Shown in pieces: positions 19,305 to 29,506 of a stretch of DNA of 64,000 bases. How positions within the stretch are numbered: position 1 is the stretch's first letter; every line of letters starts with the position of its first letter. A program made the position numbers and the translations under genes. Under the pieces are notes generated by a model. The model was not told the DNA's origin, made no database searches, and saw only the letters and a list, made by a program, of their open reading frames with translations. The stretch is from Syntrophobacterales bacterium (lineage in GTDB: Bacteria > Desulfobacterota > Syntrophobacteria > BM002). The stretch covers positions 2,264-66,263 of the forward strand of contig JASFEM010000005.1 in NCBI GenBank assembly GCA_050124835.1, given 5' to 3'.

Positions 19305-20981
19305 ATGGCCCATCCCCTTCGCTACGATATAGCCGATGCCAGATTGACTTACAAAGGCCGTCACGAGCCGAGAGAGATGAGCAAGGAGAAAGTCTACACT
19401 TTCAACCTGAGGCACAAAGAGATCCTGGGCTTTTACGGACTTGAATTGGCCGAGGGCACAGTATTCATCATTGATGACCGGGTAAATGGACTCTCGAATC
19501 TCGGCGTTTTCAGAAGCAAGCAACTCCGCCAGGGCGTGATCCTGGCGGCTGCCCTCCCAGCGGCGGCGGTTGTCATCGACGGCTTCAATGCCTTGAAAAA
19601 TGTTCCAAAAGACCAGCAAACTAAAGCAGTAATCAACCAGCTGAAAAGACATAACGACCGGACCGCATCCCAGATAATGAGCGAGGTACTCCAGATTACC
19701 ACGGAAACCTTTGATGTGGGAGAAGAGGTCATAATCGAGAGCGCCATAACCGAGGGTGTCCGGATCAAACCTGGGGTGGAGGCCGGCGGCAATCCCACCA
19801 TTCCTGTGGGCGCGTTATTCGGCAAGGAAGAGCACTGCAGCCGCTACGGCCGAGGCCTCAGCAAGGAGATCACCAGGCTGTCCATGGGTTCAGATGTGAT
19901 CGACGGTACGGGCAAGTCGGTCAAGGGTCTGCACAGCTCGCTCACTGCCCTCTTTATTACAGAGTCCGATTTCAAGAGACACTTGCCTGATATCTATGTT
20001 GAGCGTTGGATGGCTGCGGCCATGTTTCCCGAGTTCAATCCTAGGGCCACTAATTTGCAAGAGGAAACCCAGATAATTGCCAAAGCCTGTGGTGTGAAAG
20101 ACCTTTCCGAAATGACCTCCTACTTTTTGGACCGGCCTCGCCACCATCCAGCAATGGACCAGTTAAATGCCATGGGGGTGGCAACTCCGTATGACAAGGA
20201 CGGAGACCTCTTCCCTGCTCTGGTCATGGGGTTGGACGGGCTTGTTTTCCCAGATGGCCGCGGCCTTCACAGCATGATTGGCGAGATCGGTGGCAGCGCT
20301 GAGTGGGCGGTTGGGGCCATTCCTCTGGTCTGGCGTGGCGGCCAGAGCCTGGGCATGCTCACCAGCCAGAGCTCACTCACCAGAAAGGATCTGTCTCCAG
20401 AGGAATTATGGAACGAACGGTTCCACTACACTGAGGAGGAGCTCATCCTTCTTCAGGACGCACGTTTTGAACAGAAACCATTTTTCACGGTCAACGACAT
20501 CATGGACCAGCCCTTCGCCGGCGGGGTCAGCGCTTTCGGCGCCATCTCCGACAACTATTTTCTGCCCCAACTCGAAGGAGTCAAGATCGATCGCGAAAAG
20601 GGTCTTATAACTACCAACACCCTCATGATCAACTCCCTTGGCAATGTCGAGCATTGGCAGCTCATTTTCAAATGCGTTGCGGGCATCGAAACCACGGCCA
20701 ACAAGATGGAATCACCTAAATCAAAGTTGCGTGGTCTCGTAAAGGCTGAAATCGAGAAGCAGGTCCGGGCTATGGCTGACGACCATGTCAAGCGCTTCAG
20801 ACTAAAACAGTTCTTCATCAACGAGTATTACCCCGCTATTGTTCACACCGACGGCAAGATGGTCGTACTCGAAAATACGGTGGAGGCGTTAATCATCAGA
20901 GGGGCCTTAAATGAATACGATCGGGACATAGTCAGAGCCGTGGTTAATGCTGTGCCGGAATGGTTTGCTAGTCCTGCTTAA
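19305..20981 (+). CDS. Divergent GlpX-like (class II fructose-1,6-bisphosphatase family) protein
   Basis: DVIDGT, PDIYVE, LDRPRH, DGDL and IGGSAE align in order with GlpX motifs; GGAGG SD. Confidence 0.75.
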   Translation: MAHPLRYDIADARLTYKGRHEPREMSKEKVYTFNLRHKEILGFYGLELAEGTVFIIDDRVNGLSNLGVFRSKQLRQGVILAAALPAAAVVIDGFNALKNVPKDQQTKAVINQLKRHNDRTASQIMSEVLQITTETFDVGEEVIIESAITEGVRIKPGVEAGGNPTIPVGALFGKEEHCSRYGRGLSKEITRLSMGSDVIDGTGKSVKGLHSSLTALFITESDFKRHLPDIYVERWMAAAMFPEFNPRATNLQEETQIIAKACGVKDLSEMTSYFLDRPRHHPAMDQLNAMGVATPYDKDGDLFPALVMGLDGLVFPDGRGLHSMIGEIGGSAEWAVGAIPLVWRGGQSLGMLTSQSSLTRKDLSPEELWNERFHYTEEELILLQDARFEQKPFFTVNDIMDQPFAGGVSAFGAISDNYFLPQLEGVKIDREKGLITTNTLMINSLGNVEHWQLIFKCVAGIETTANKMESPKSKLRGLVKAEIEKQVRAMADDHVKRFRLKQFFINEYYPAIVHTDGKMVVLENTVEALIIRGALNEYDRDIVRAVVNAVPEWFASPA

Positions 20982-21006
20982 CCGATACTGGAGAAGCCCT
21001 AGGTAT

Positions 21007-21042
21007 ATTGGATTGTAGATTGCGGATTGTAGACTGCAAATT
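21007..21042. repeat. Heptamer tract (GATTGYR type)
   Basis: ggattgtagattgcggattgtagactgcaaatt. Confidence 0.6.
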
Positions 21043-21152
21043 CAAGAGCTATAGAGTTTCCTTTATTACAACTATGTTATATTAAGCCGTCCGGCGAAAA
21101 AAACTCGGGACGAACGAACCATATGTAGACTTTTATACAAGGGAGTATACGA

Positions 21153-21338
21153 ATGAGTACAGGTCTCATGGCGACCATTGGTGTGTTTGTCTTGGTTGGA
21201 CTCTTTGCGCTGATCATTTTATATGACCGAAAAAGAATTAATGAAGATATAGCTCCTAAAACCGCACCTGGTCCGAAATTGAGTCCCACACAGATGTGGG
21301 ATAGACACATTGATGAGCTTCGTAAACGAGGCGCTTAA
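21153..21338 (+). CDS. Small single-pass membrane protein
   Basis: GGGAG SD, N-terminal hydrophobic helix, terminator downstream. Confidence 0.6.
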   Translation: MSTGLMATIGVFVLVGLFALIILYDRKRINEDIAPKTAPGPKLSPTQMWDRHIDELRKRGA

Positions 21339-21380
21339 GAACAGTCCACATGGCCAGGTTTAGGAAACACCTCAAAAATT

Positions 21381-21414
21381 AGACACCCGAACCTTATGGC
21401 TCGGGTGTCCTTTT
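21381..21414. terminator. Intrinsic terminator between the small ORF and the tRNA
   Basis: GACACCCGA...TCGGGTGTC followed by CTTTT. Confidence 0.7.
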
Positions 21415-21418
21415 CTTC

Positions 21419-21495
<77 letters not shown>

Positions 21496-21779
21496 AGAGC
21501 GGATTTGCCGACGTTCTTTTGGTGGAAAGAGTCTTACACCAATACCTTCCTTTTTGCAAGCGGTCCTCAATACTCTAGCAACGGTTGAAACTAGGGCTCC
21601 CTTTTGTCTTTCCTAGAACCGGCTCTTTCTGGTAACATACGCGACAGCTAATGCAGGAGATTTGTCTTGGCCCACGTGTAATTTCAGCATCATCGGCGCA
21701 TGAGAATCTTAAGCTGAAAGTGCGGCTTCTCGCTTGCTCTGTATCGGAGGTCCTACCGATCAAGAAGGGGGGCGCCAAT

Positions 21780-22154
21780 ATGGCTCTCAAGATTGAAAAG
21801 CGTCATCATTCAAGGATTTCGGTGGATTGGCCCGTGGTTGTGGTAACCCCACAGCGCTACATAGGGGGCGAAACAAAGAACATCAGCCTCGGAGGCGCCT
21901 TCATTCGTTGCGTCAGTAATCCGGGAGCATTTGAACCTCTCCGTATCGTCTTCAAGGCGCCATCTCGCGAACAGTTCTTGCTGTTCACGGCTGTGGTTGT
22001 CTGGTCAAATCAGTATGAACAGATGGATGAGCTTTTCTCAACTGAAACCGGCATCAGGTTTACAGGTTTTATTGGTGATAGTCGCCAATACCTTTCCCAA
22101 GTGATCTCAGACCATGGAGTATTGGAGTACGACAAAGAATTCTCCGCAGATTAA
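21780..22154 (+). CDS. Stand-alone PilZ-domain protein
   Basis: RHHSR, NISLGG, VVW, GIRF; GGGGG SD before ATG 21780. Confidence 0.9.
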   Translation: MALKIEKRHHSRISVDWPVVVVTPQRYIGGETKNISLGGAFIRCVSNPGAFEPLRIVFKAPSREQFLLFTAVVVWSNQYEQMDELFSTETGIRFTGFIGDSRQYLSQVISDHGVLEYDKEFSAD

Positions 22155-22261
22155 CCCTGCAAGAGTCTAGTCAAAAGCTCGCAAGCCAGACAAAATCTGC
22201 TGAGCTGGAAAAGATGGGGGAGTCATTGTCGAGACTGCTGAAATCACCGGAGGGAGCATAA

Positions 22262-22696
22262 GTGGTCGACCTTCGAGAAAAACGCAGTTACCCCAGGGCA
22301 AAAATCGAATGGCCGATTACCATTAAGACCGAGCAAGGCAGTGTGCAGGGGCTCACTCTTAATGTCAGTGCTGGTGGTGCCCAAATCCGATGTAAGAGCC
22401 CACCGCTGTTATATGAAGTATTTGAAATGACAATTAAAACTCCAGAGCTAGATCGCTCTTTGGTTGTTGACGCTCAAGTGGTCTGGTCAACCGCCGATTT
22501 ATTAGACAGTGAGCTCACCCTACCTATCATAGGTGTTAGTTTTACCCATATTTCTGACCGCGACCGCTGGCTTATCTCCACTGCTGTTTCAATGTTTCTC
22601 AAAGAGAAAAAACGTGTCCCCCCGAGAGTGGAAGCTGCCAAGAAAGCTCTGGAAAAAGCGCTGAAAGAATGTATGGAAGAGACACCTGAGGAATAG
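22262..22696 (+). CDS. Stand-alone PilZ-domain protein
   Basis: RSYPR, NVSAGG, QVVW, GVSF. Confidence 0.9.
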   Translation: MVDLREKRSYPRAKIEWPITIKTEQGSVQGLTLNVSAGGAQIRCKSPPLLYEVFEMTIKTPELDRSLVVDAQVVWSTADLLDSELTLPIIGVSFTHISDRDRWLISTAVSMFLKEKKRVPPRVEAAKKALEKALKECMEETPEE

Positions 22697-22774
22697 AAAC
22701 GAGTCAGGAATCCAAGCCCATGGAAAAGTCCGCTGTGTGGCATGAAATGTGGCGTTGAGCTGCCACTCGAGGGA

Positions 22775-23072
22775 AAGGCTAAAGGCGCAGGGTACAGGGC
22801 ACAAGGCCTGTGTTAGCGAGCAGTAAACAGGCGTTGAAACTAGGCACTAGGAACTAAGCACTAGGCACAGCGGAACGACACGGGGACTGGGAGAAACGGC
22901 GAAACGGAGATTAGAGGACAGATGACGGAGGACAAAGGGCAGCTAGAATTCCGCAATCTGAGATCTGCAATCCACAATTTACCGTCTGCTCTATGCCCTA
23001 TGCTCTATGCTAGGAACCTTTTCTCTTGGCAAAGCCATCGAAACGTGACCTAGCCCAAAGGACCAGGTTTTG
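22775..23072. repeat. Large composite repeat element with at least six different 7-8-mer modules
   Basis: CAGGGYA, CTAGGCA, ACGGNGA, AGGACAG, AATCYGC and CYCTATG tracts in series between convergent PilZ genes. Confidence 0.8.
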
Positions 23073-23118
23073 CCTGCCCCAATTCGCTCTCTGCCAAATA
23101 GCCGGAAATCAGCTTTGG

Positions 23119-23475
23119 CTACGAATACCTAGTGTGCTCAGAGACCACCTCTACAAGGAATTGGCGGTCTTCTTCAGAAATATCAGTAAAGCGCACTCCC
23201 ATACCAATGGGAGCCGGCTCGGAATTTGGGATGAGGGGGATGTCGATCCATACCACCTCTGCCCCTATCCATGAAGACTCTCGATCTTGCACGAGGATAG
23301 CCAAGATAAAAAGATCATTCTTGGACAGCAGCGTCCCACAGCGGATATACGCACCGCCAGCACTGATGTTCTCAATTGTGCCATCCATCTCCCCCTCGGG
23401 GGTCATCATAGTGACCGGCCAGGTCACGTCGATTCGGGGGTGTTCTCGCTGTTTTTCAAATTGGCCCGAGCTCAT
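23119..23475 (-). CDS. Stand-alone PilZ-domain protein
   Basis: REHPR, NISAGG, AEVVW, GMGVRF; GGAGG before ATG 23475. Confidence 0.9.
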   Translation of the reverse strand: MSSGQFEKQREHPRIDVTWPVTMMTPEGEMDGTIENISAGGAYIRCGTLLSKNDLFILAILVQDRESSWIGAEVVWIDIPLIPNSEPAPIGMGVRFTDISEEDRQFLVEVVSEHTRYS

Positions 23476-23581
23476 ATGCTCCTCCAAGCTTGCTGGAGAC
23501 GATCTTGCTGAGGTCATCGGCAGAGTCTCCGGGTGCAAGCTGTCATGGGTAACGCCAAACACCTCCCCCCTTCCGCCTAAA

Positions 23582-23597
23582 TGAAAGGTTCATGCCA
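23582..23597 (-). promoter_or_regulatory. Putative sigma54 promoter with variant -12 element
   Basis: TGGCATGAACCTTTCA; a near-identical copy lies at 25027..25042. Confidence 0.55.
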
Positions 23598-23904
23598 AAA
23601 CGACAGAATACGGTACTTTTCCATATTTTCTCTATAGTTATATCAAAGATTGTCAAAATCCAGGGATATAATTTTAGAGTGACCACAGCCCAAAAATGTC
23701 ACAGGTTAAAAAAAACGGCATTTCAAAGTAATAGATGATTTGTGATTTTGGCTTGAGGTAATTCCTAGTTGAGTAGTGGTTTTTCTTGTTGACAATTGCC
23801 CCTCAGGTCTTAATTTTTGCTTAGTTTCGGTTTCAATACGATGAACCGTAAAGAACCGACTCCCATCATCAGATAGATTTTTCGAAATCTCAAGGAGAAA
23901 TTAG

Positions 23905-24552
23905 ATGCGAATTCGAGACGTCATGACCAGTGATCCGGTTACCATCCAACCTGAAACACCGGTGCACCACGCCCAACAAGCCATCCGTGAACACAAAATC
24001 CGGAATTTGCCGGTGGTGCAGGAAGGGAAGCTGGTCGGAATGGTCACCTACGATATCCTTATGGAGGTGTCCCCCTCCAAGGCTACCGGATTGAGTTTGC
24101 ATGAAATTCATTATATTTTGGCCGAGATGAAGGTTGAGGACATCATGGACAGAAATCCGGTGGTTGTTTCTCCGGACACACCTCTAGAGCACGCCCTGGT
24201 CCAGATTCAGGATAGAACCGTTCGTGGCTTTCCGGTGGTGGAGAATGAAAGGTTGGTGGGAATTGCCACGCGCGGGGATATCATTCGACTCCTGGCTGGG
24301 GCCCTGGGGTTACAAGAGGAAGGGGTTCGTATCACCATAGAGGGCCTTGGTCTCCGGCTGGGCGAATTGGGTGAGATCATCTCCATTTTCGATCGTAATC
24401 AAGCGCTTGTATTGAGCATGATGACCTTGCCCGCACGAGAGAAAAAGGACTGGATCGCGGTGATTAGATTAAATACGAAGGATGTGGCAACCATTGAAGA
24501 GGATTTAAAAAGAGCAGGCTTCCGAGTTTCTTACGTGGACGAACCCGTCTGA
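23905..24552 (+). CDS. CBS-pair plus ACT-like domain protein (AcuB-like)
   Basis: Two CBS repeats (IRNLPVV..GKLVGMVT; FPVVENERLVGI) and a C-terminal ACT-like segment. Confidence 0.9.
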   Translation: MRIRDVMTSDPVTIQPETPVHHAQQAIREHKIRNLPVVQEGKLVGMVTYDILMEVSPSKATGLSLHEIHYILAEMKVEDIMDRNPVVVSPDTPLEHALVQIQDRTVRGFPVVENERLVGIATRGDIIRLLAGALGLQEEGVRITIEGLGLRLGELGEIISIFDRNQALVLSMMTLPAREKKDWIAVIRLNTKDVATIEEDLKRAGFRVSYVDEPV

Positions 24553-24586
24553 TTTGAGACCTGCGGCACTACTCCCGGTTCAACCG

Positions 24587-24925
24587 CTATGAGGACATCT
24601 CGCTAATGAATTGGACATCTTCCTCGGAGATAAAAGTGAAGCGAACTCCCATACCAACGGGAACGGACTCAGAATCAGCAGAGAGGGTGATGTCGGCTCG
24701 GACGACTTCCGCCCCTATCCATAGAGGCTCTCGTTCCAGGCCAAGAATGCCTAAAATAAGAAGGTCATTTCTGAATAGCAACCTTCCACAGTTAATATAA
24801 GCACCCCCGGCACTGATGTTTTCTATCACGCCATCCAGTGCCCCCTCGGTGGTCATCAATACAACAGGCCATCTCACTTGGATTCTAGGGTGGGCTCGTT
24901 TTTCGGCCATATGAGCCAAATGCAT
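24587..24925 (-). CDS. Stand-alone PilZ-domain protein, paralog of 23119..23475
   Basis: RAHPR, NISAGG, GMGVRF; GGAGGTG SD. Confidence 0.9.
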   Translation of the reverse strand: MHLAHMAEKRAHPRIQVRWPVVLMTTEGALDGVIENISAGGAYINCGRLLFRNDLLILGILGLEREPLWIGAEVVRADITLSADSESVPVGMGVRFTFISEEDVQFISEMSS

Positions 24926-25026
24926 ACTCACCTCCCGGCGCAAGAGACAATCGCGTTAGAGCAAGAAAAAGAGTTTACTGGTGCCTCAACCGGATGGATC
25001 TGAGCATGCCCCCCACCCGCTCCATA

Positions 25027-25042
25027 TGAAAGGATCATGCCA
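25027..25042 (-). promoter_or_regulatory. Putative sigma54 promoter with variant -12 element
   Basis: TGGCATGATCCTTTCA. Confidence 0.55.
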
Positions 25043-25263
25043 AATCAAAGAATAATAAAAGTTTTCTATATATTTTAAATACTTAACTCTATAAATATCA
25101 AAGTATGAAGATGAAGAGTCAGGCGGATCAGAGGCCAAAATTGTCACATAGTGAAAAAAAACGGCATCTTGGAAAATTTTGATTTTGCAATGCGGAAGGC
25201 AGAACGTAGAAAGGAAAAAATGGTGTTACAACGAATGCTTTGATAACCCCACCGAGGCGCAGT

Positions 25264-26124
25264 CTAAATGAGTAAATCTTCCATACGTCTGTCTTTTCCA
25301 GCCCAGAGTGTGTTCAGCCAATTCCTAAATTGATGACGAGATTCCCTGCTTTGGAAATAATCTGCTGACAGTTCTCTATCAATGGGCAGCGATTCTACCC
25401 TCACCTTGATGTCATTAACTTCGCCACACAGAAAGCCCCAAAAGCTCTTGGCGCCCTTTGGGTAGGCAATTGTTACATCCAGGATAGAGTGCAATTGCTC
25501 GCCCATGGCAGCAAGCACGAAAGCTATACCACCGGCCTTGGGTTTGAGCAGATGACTATACGGTGAACCCTGTTTACGATGCTTTTCGATGGTGAACCGC
25601 GTTCCCTCCACAAAGTTCATGATGGAAACTGGAATCGTCTTGAATTTGTCGCACGCTTTTCGCGTGGTTTCCAGGTCTTTATAGGTTGCAGAAGAACGTT
25701 CCAAGAAAGGATAATCCAATGCCCACCAGGCAAGCCCTAAGACCGGCACCCAGATTAGCTCCTTCTTCAGAAAGAACTTCAAGAAAGGGATCTTGCGGTG
25801 AAAAATTTTTTGCAGAACCAGGATGTCAACCCACGACTGATGATTAGCGATCACCAAGTACCATTCATTGGATTTCAACTTGTCGGAGAAACGGACATCC
25901 CAGCGGATTTTGTTGATAAGTCTCATGTTGCAATTGTTCAATAAAATCCAAATCCCGCCGATGGCGTGCATTACTTTGCTACAAAACTTTCGCCAAGCGG
26001 TGACCGGAATGAGCAGCTTCAAAAGCGCCACCAAAAGCAACACCACCGTCCAAAAAACTGTGTTGATGACGTATAGAAGCAAGGATATAACGCCGCGAAT
26101 CGGGCCCGGCAAGAAACTCAGCAT
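25264..26124 (-). CDS. YihG-like lysophospholipid acyltransferase
   Basis: NHQSWVD, FLKKELIWVP, FVEGTRF and LLKPKAGG motifs. Confidence 0.9.
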   Translation of the reverse strand: MLSFLPGPIRGVISLLLYVINTVFWTVVLLLVALLKLLIPVTAWRKFCSKVMHAIGGIWILLNNCNMRLINKIRWDVRFSDKLKSNEWYLVIANHQSWVDILVLQKIFHRKIPFLKFFLKKELIWVPVLGLAWWALDYPFLERSSATYKDLETTRKACDKFKTIPVSIMNFVEGTRFTIEKHRKQGSPYSHLLKPKAGGIAFVLAAMGEQLHSILDVTIAYPKGAKSFWGFLCGEVNDIKVRVESLPIDRELSADYFQSRESRHQFRNWLNTLWAGKDRRMEDLLI

Positions 26125-26219
26125 CTTCCTTTTTTCTTTATCTCAAGGTGGGACAAAGACCGCTCCGCAGGTTGAACCTCTCCCGGAGCTCGCATCACCT
26201 GCAGAGCGCAAAGAGCTAG

Positions 26220-26300
26220 CAAATGGTGAGCGGTAAACGGTGAAAGGTGAACCGATCTCTTTAGCAACTGTTCACCTTTTACCCTTTACTGTTCACATTC
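26220..26300. repeat. Heptamer inverted-repeat element (GGTGAAC/GTTCACC type)
   Basis: ggtgagcggtaaacggtgaaaggtgaac ... ctgttcaccttttaccctttactgttcac. Confidence 0.75.
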
Positions 26301-26315
26301 TTTTACGCTATGCGC

Positions 26316-27413
26316 TTAAATAAATTCTTTTTGAGTTGGCTTGCAACTTCGCTCGTATTCTTCCAGCAAAGTCCCCATGAGCTCTTTGACTGAAACAATC
26401 TTTTCTACTTTATAGGCATTCTTCCCGGCAAATGCGAAACCGTGCTTAAGTTTTCCCCTCCTGGCGTTAATCAAAGCCAATGCAATGCAATAAGGGCTTT
26501 CTTTACTCTTGCAGGTGGAAAGGCAGTGGTACATACATTTGAAAGGTTTTCGTTCTCCCCGGCCAACCTCCTCAAGAAACCTATTTCGGATAGCATTTCC
26601 CGGAAGTCCTACCGGACTAACGATATGCACCACGTCTTCTTCTTTGGCATCGATGAATGCCTGCTTAAACCCTTCATCCGCGTCACATTCGTGGGTGGCA
26701 ACAAAGCGGGTACCCATCTGCGCTCCTGCCGCACCCATTTTCAGGAACTTACAAATATCTTCTCCGGAGAAAATCCCTCCCGCCGCAATGACGGGAATAT
26801 TCCTCTTATACTTTTCAATAAAAGGCTTGAGCACTTCGATCACTTGTGGAACGAGGTTTTCCAGGGCGAAACCTGGATCGTCAATCTGTCCCTGCTTAAA
26901 GCCAACATGTCCTCCAGCCATAGGTCCTTCCACCACGAAAGCATCAGGCAAATAATCGAACTTTGACAGCCATTTTTGGCAAATTATCTTTGCAGCCCTG
27001 GCGGAAGAGACGATGGGTACCAACTTGGTCTCGGACATCTTCTTGAGGTAAGCGGGGAGATCCAAGGGTAGGCCCGCTCCAGAAAAAATAATATCAATGC
27101 CTTCGGCGACAGAGGTCTTTACCATGTCGGCAAAATTCGTCAAGGCCACCATAATGTTGACCCCGAGGATGCCTTCAGTCTTCTCCCTGGCTTTTCTGAT
27201 CTCTTTTCTCAATGCTCTGATGTTGGCGTCCAGGTAATTGGAATAGAGGTCCGACTCGGCCATACCGATCACTGCGGAGGAAATGACGCCGATGCCCCCC
27301 TCGTTGGCCACAGCTGAGGCCAACCCCGAAAGCGAAACTCCGACACCCATCCCACCTTGAATTACGGGAACGCTGGCGACTAAATCGCCAATTTTCAGCT
27401 GAGGGATTTTCAC
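26316..27413 (-). CDS. Nitronate monooxygenase/FabK-FabX-like FMN oxidoreductase
   Basis: IQGGMGVG, EGPMAGGH, IAAGGI, QMGTRF, ECDA; Cys cluster CMYHCLSTC...YCI. Confidence 0.9.
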   Translation of the reverse strand: MKIPQLKIGDLVASVPVIQGGMGVGVSLSGLASAVANEGGIGVISSAVIGMAESDLYSNYLDANIRALRKEIRKAREKTEGILGVNIMVALTNFADMVKTSVAEGIDIIFSGAGLPLDLPAYLKKMSETKLVPIVSSARAAKIICQKWLSKFDYLPDAFVVEGPMAGGHVGFKQGQIDDPGFALENLVPQVIEVLKPFIEKYKRNIPVIAAGGIFSGEDICKFLKMGAAGAQMGTRFVATHECDADEGFKQAFIDAKEEDVVHIVSPVGLPGNAIRNRFLEEVGRGERKPFKCMYHCLSTCKSKESPYCIALALINARRGKLKHGFAFAGKNAYKVEKIVSVKELMGTLLEEYERSCKPTQKEFI

Positions 27414-27512
27414 GACTCAACTCCTTCAAATAATCGATACTATTGAGCTTTGACTACATTCGCTCAAACTTCAATCCTAACCGGATTTGTGATTCATCAA
27501 AGTTAATGGCGC

Positions 27513-27528
27513 TGCATAAATCAAGCCA
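27513..27528 (-). promoter_or_regulatory. Putative sigma54 promoter
   Basis: TGGCTTGATTTATGCA (GG-N10-GC) upstream of the FabK-like gene. Confidence 0.5.
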
Positions 27529-27731
27529 CCTGAGAGCAGTTTAACTTGCACGAATAGCATCTCGCCCTTTGCATGTCAAGGACTCGAGATAAAACCCCAT
27601 CCCGCGAAAATCAGCCCTTTTCCCTATTAAAAGATGGCTTAAGATGCATTTTTTATTAGAATTTTCACGAGATTTTTGGTAGAGTTGTCGCTGTTTTGCC
27701 GTGCGCGGTGAACCAAATTACAACCCAATTA

Positions 27732-27747
27732 TGGCACCAATCATGCA
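27732..27747 (+). promoter_or_regulatory. Putative sigma54 promoter
   Basis: TGGCACCAATCATGCA (GG-N10-GC) upstream of the MltD-like gene. Confidence 0.6.
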
Positions 27748-27827
27748 TGGTTTCCTCGCAACGTGAGACTTCTTGCACCACGTAAAATTACCTGGCGAAA
27801 ACTCTCTGCTAGAAGGTCCAGTTGCCA

Positions 27828-29459
27828 ATGTTACGCACGCTATTCCTAGCTCTGCTCAGCCTACTATTTTTTACCTCCTCCTGTACCAAGTCCTCCTTTA
27901 TGCGTTGGCAGACTGAATCTGCCAAATCCAAAACATCAACCCAACGTGCTAGCCAAGACGGAGCCTCCGACTCGAACCCATCGATCAGGGATTTGACGGC
28001 TTCCAGTTCGCCCTCGGAGGGAAACTCAGGCAAGCTGGAAGCCCAAGATGAGGTTGCCTCTCAAGAAGAAGACTACACTGACCAGAAACGCATCGACGAC
28101 GCTCTTTACATATACCAAGAGGCCTTGGAGTACCGGAGCAGTGGCGAACCTGACAGAGCGATACAGTCTCTCGATCAGAGTTACCAGATCATCTGCAGTA
28201 TCCAGGACGAGACGGACCCTGAGATCACCCAGCAGAAGGAGGACTTGCGTCTTCTCATTTCCAAGCGGATTCTCGAAATCTACGCCTCCAGATCGCACCC
28301 ACAGACGGGCATTAGCCGGGAGATCCCGCTGGCCATGAACCAATATGTGGCCAGAGAAATTAAACGTTTCCAGACTAAGGAGAGGCAGTTTTTTCTCATC
28401 TCCTACAGGCTCTCAGGAAAATACCGGCCCTACATTGTGGAACAGATGAGGCAAGCAGGCCTTCCTGAAGATCTCTCCTGGTTGCCACTCATTGAAAGTG
28501 GCTTTAAGACCAAAGCCTATTCCAAGGCGAGGGCCCTGGGCCTTTGGCAGTTTATCGCTTCCACTGCCTACCGTTTCGATCTCCGTCGTGACCGCTGGGT
28601 AGATGAACGGATGGACCCGGAGCGTTCAACCCAGGCCGCCATCACTTACCTGAAGGCCTTGCATGAGCTTTTTGGCGATTGGACTACTGCCTTGGCAGCC
28701 TACAACTGTGGAGAGGGTAATGTTCTGAGGGTGATTCGCCAGCAACATGTGAACTATTTGGATGATTTCTGGGATCTTTATTCCCGGTTGCCTCTGGAAA
28801 CTGCCCGCTATGTGCCGCGCTTTCTTGCGGCACTCCACATTATTAAGAACCCTGAGCAGTACGGCTTCACCGATCTGCGGCTGGATGAACCATTGATCAC
28901 TGAGAAGGTGGAGGTCAACCGGCAAATGCGTCTCAAGGATCTCGCCAGGTTTTTGAGAATACCGGCAAAGACCCTGGAGGAACTCAATCCCTCCCTGAGA
29001 TACAAGGCGACTCCGGATTACACTTTCACCCTGAAGCTACCAGTCGATACAGATGCTACCCTTGTCGCCAATTTGGAACAAGTTCCCAGGTGGAAGCCCC
29101 CCCAACGTGCTTACGTGGTGCACCGGGTGCGCTTCGGCGAGACTCTTTCGGAAATCGCCTTGAAATATCGAGTGCCCGTGTATCGCATCGTGCGAGCCAA
29201 TCGGTTGCGCAGTGCCAGTCGCATTCGGGCTGGCCAGCGTTTGAAAATTCCCCTCCGGGGTCAGGTTATCGTGGCGAGCAGTAAACCCTCTTATAAAAAA
29301 GGCTCAACCGTCAATTATCAAGTGAAGAGAGGTGACTCGCTCTGGCTCATCGCCAAACGCTTCAACACCACGGTGGCCGAGATCAAAGCCCTCAACAACA
29401 TCCACTCCGATCTGCTTCATTCCGGTCAGGTCATCATGATCCAAACAGGCAGACGCTGA
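27828..29459 (+). CDS. MltD-like lytic transglycosylase lipoprotein with LysM domains
   Basis: Lipobox TSSC; IESG, GLWQF, AAYNCG, ET..YVP; LysM repeats (VRFGETLS.IA, VKRGDSLWLIA). Confidence 0.93.
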   Translation: MLRTLFLALLSLLFFTSSCTKSSFMRWQTESAKSKTSTQRASQDGASDSNPSIRDLTASSSPSEGNSGKLEAQDEVASQEEDYTDQKRIDDALYIYQEALEYRSSGEPDRAIQSLDQSYQIICSIQDETDPEITQQKEDLRLLISKRILEIYASRSHPQTGISREIPLAMNQYVAREIKRFQTKERQFFLISYRLSGKYRPYIVEQMRQAGLPEDLSWLPLIESGFKTKAYSKARALGLWQFIASTAYRFDLRRDRWVDERMDPERSTQAAITYLKALHELFGDWTTALAAYNCGEGNVLRVIRQQHVNYLDDFWDLYSRLPLETARYVPRFLAALHIIKNPEQYGFTDLRLDEPLITEKVEVNRQMRLKDLARFLRIPAKTLEELNPSLRYKATPDYTFTLKLPVDTDATLVANLEQVPRWKPPQRAYVVHRVRFGETLSEIALKYRVPVYRIVRANRLRSASRIRAGQRLKIPLRGQVIVASSKPSYKKGSTVNYQVKRGDSLWLIAKRFNTTVAEIKALNNIHSDLLHSGQVIMIQTGRR

Positions 29460-29506
29460 GTCGCATGAAGCCCTGCGCATAGCCGATTCCCTTAATTGAC
29501 TATTTG

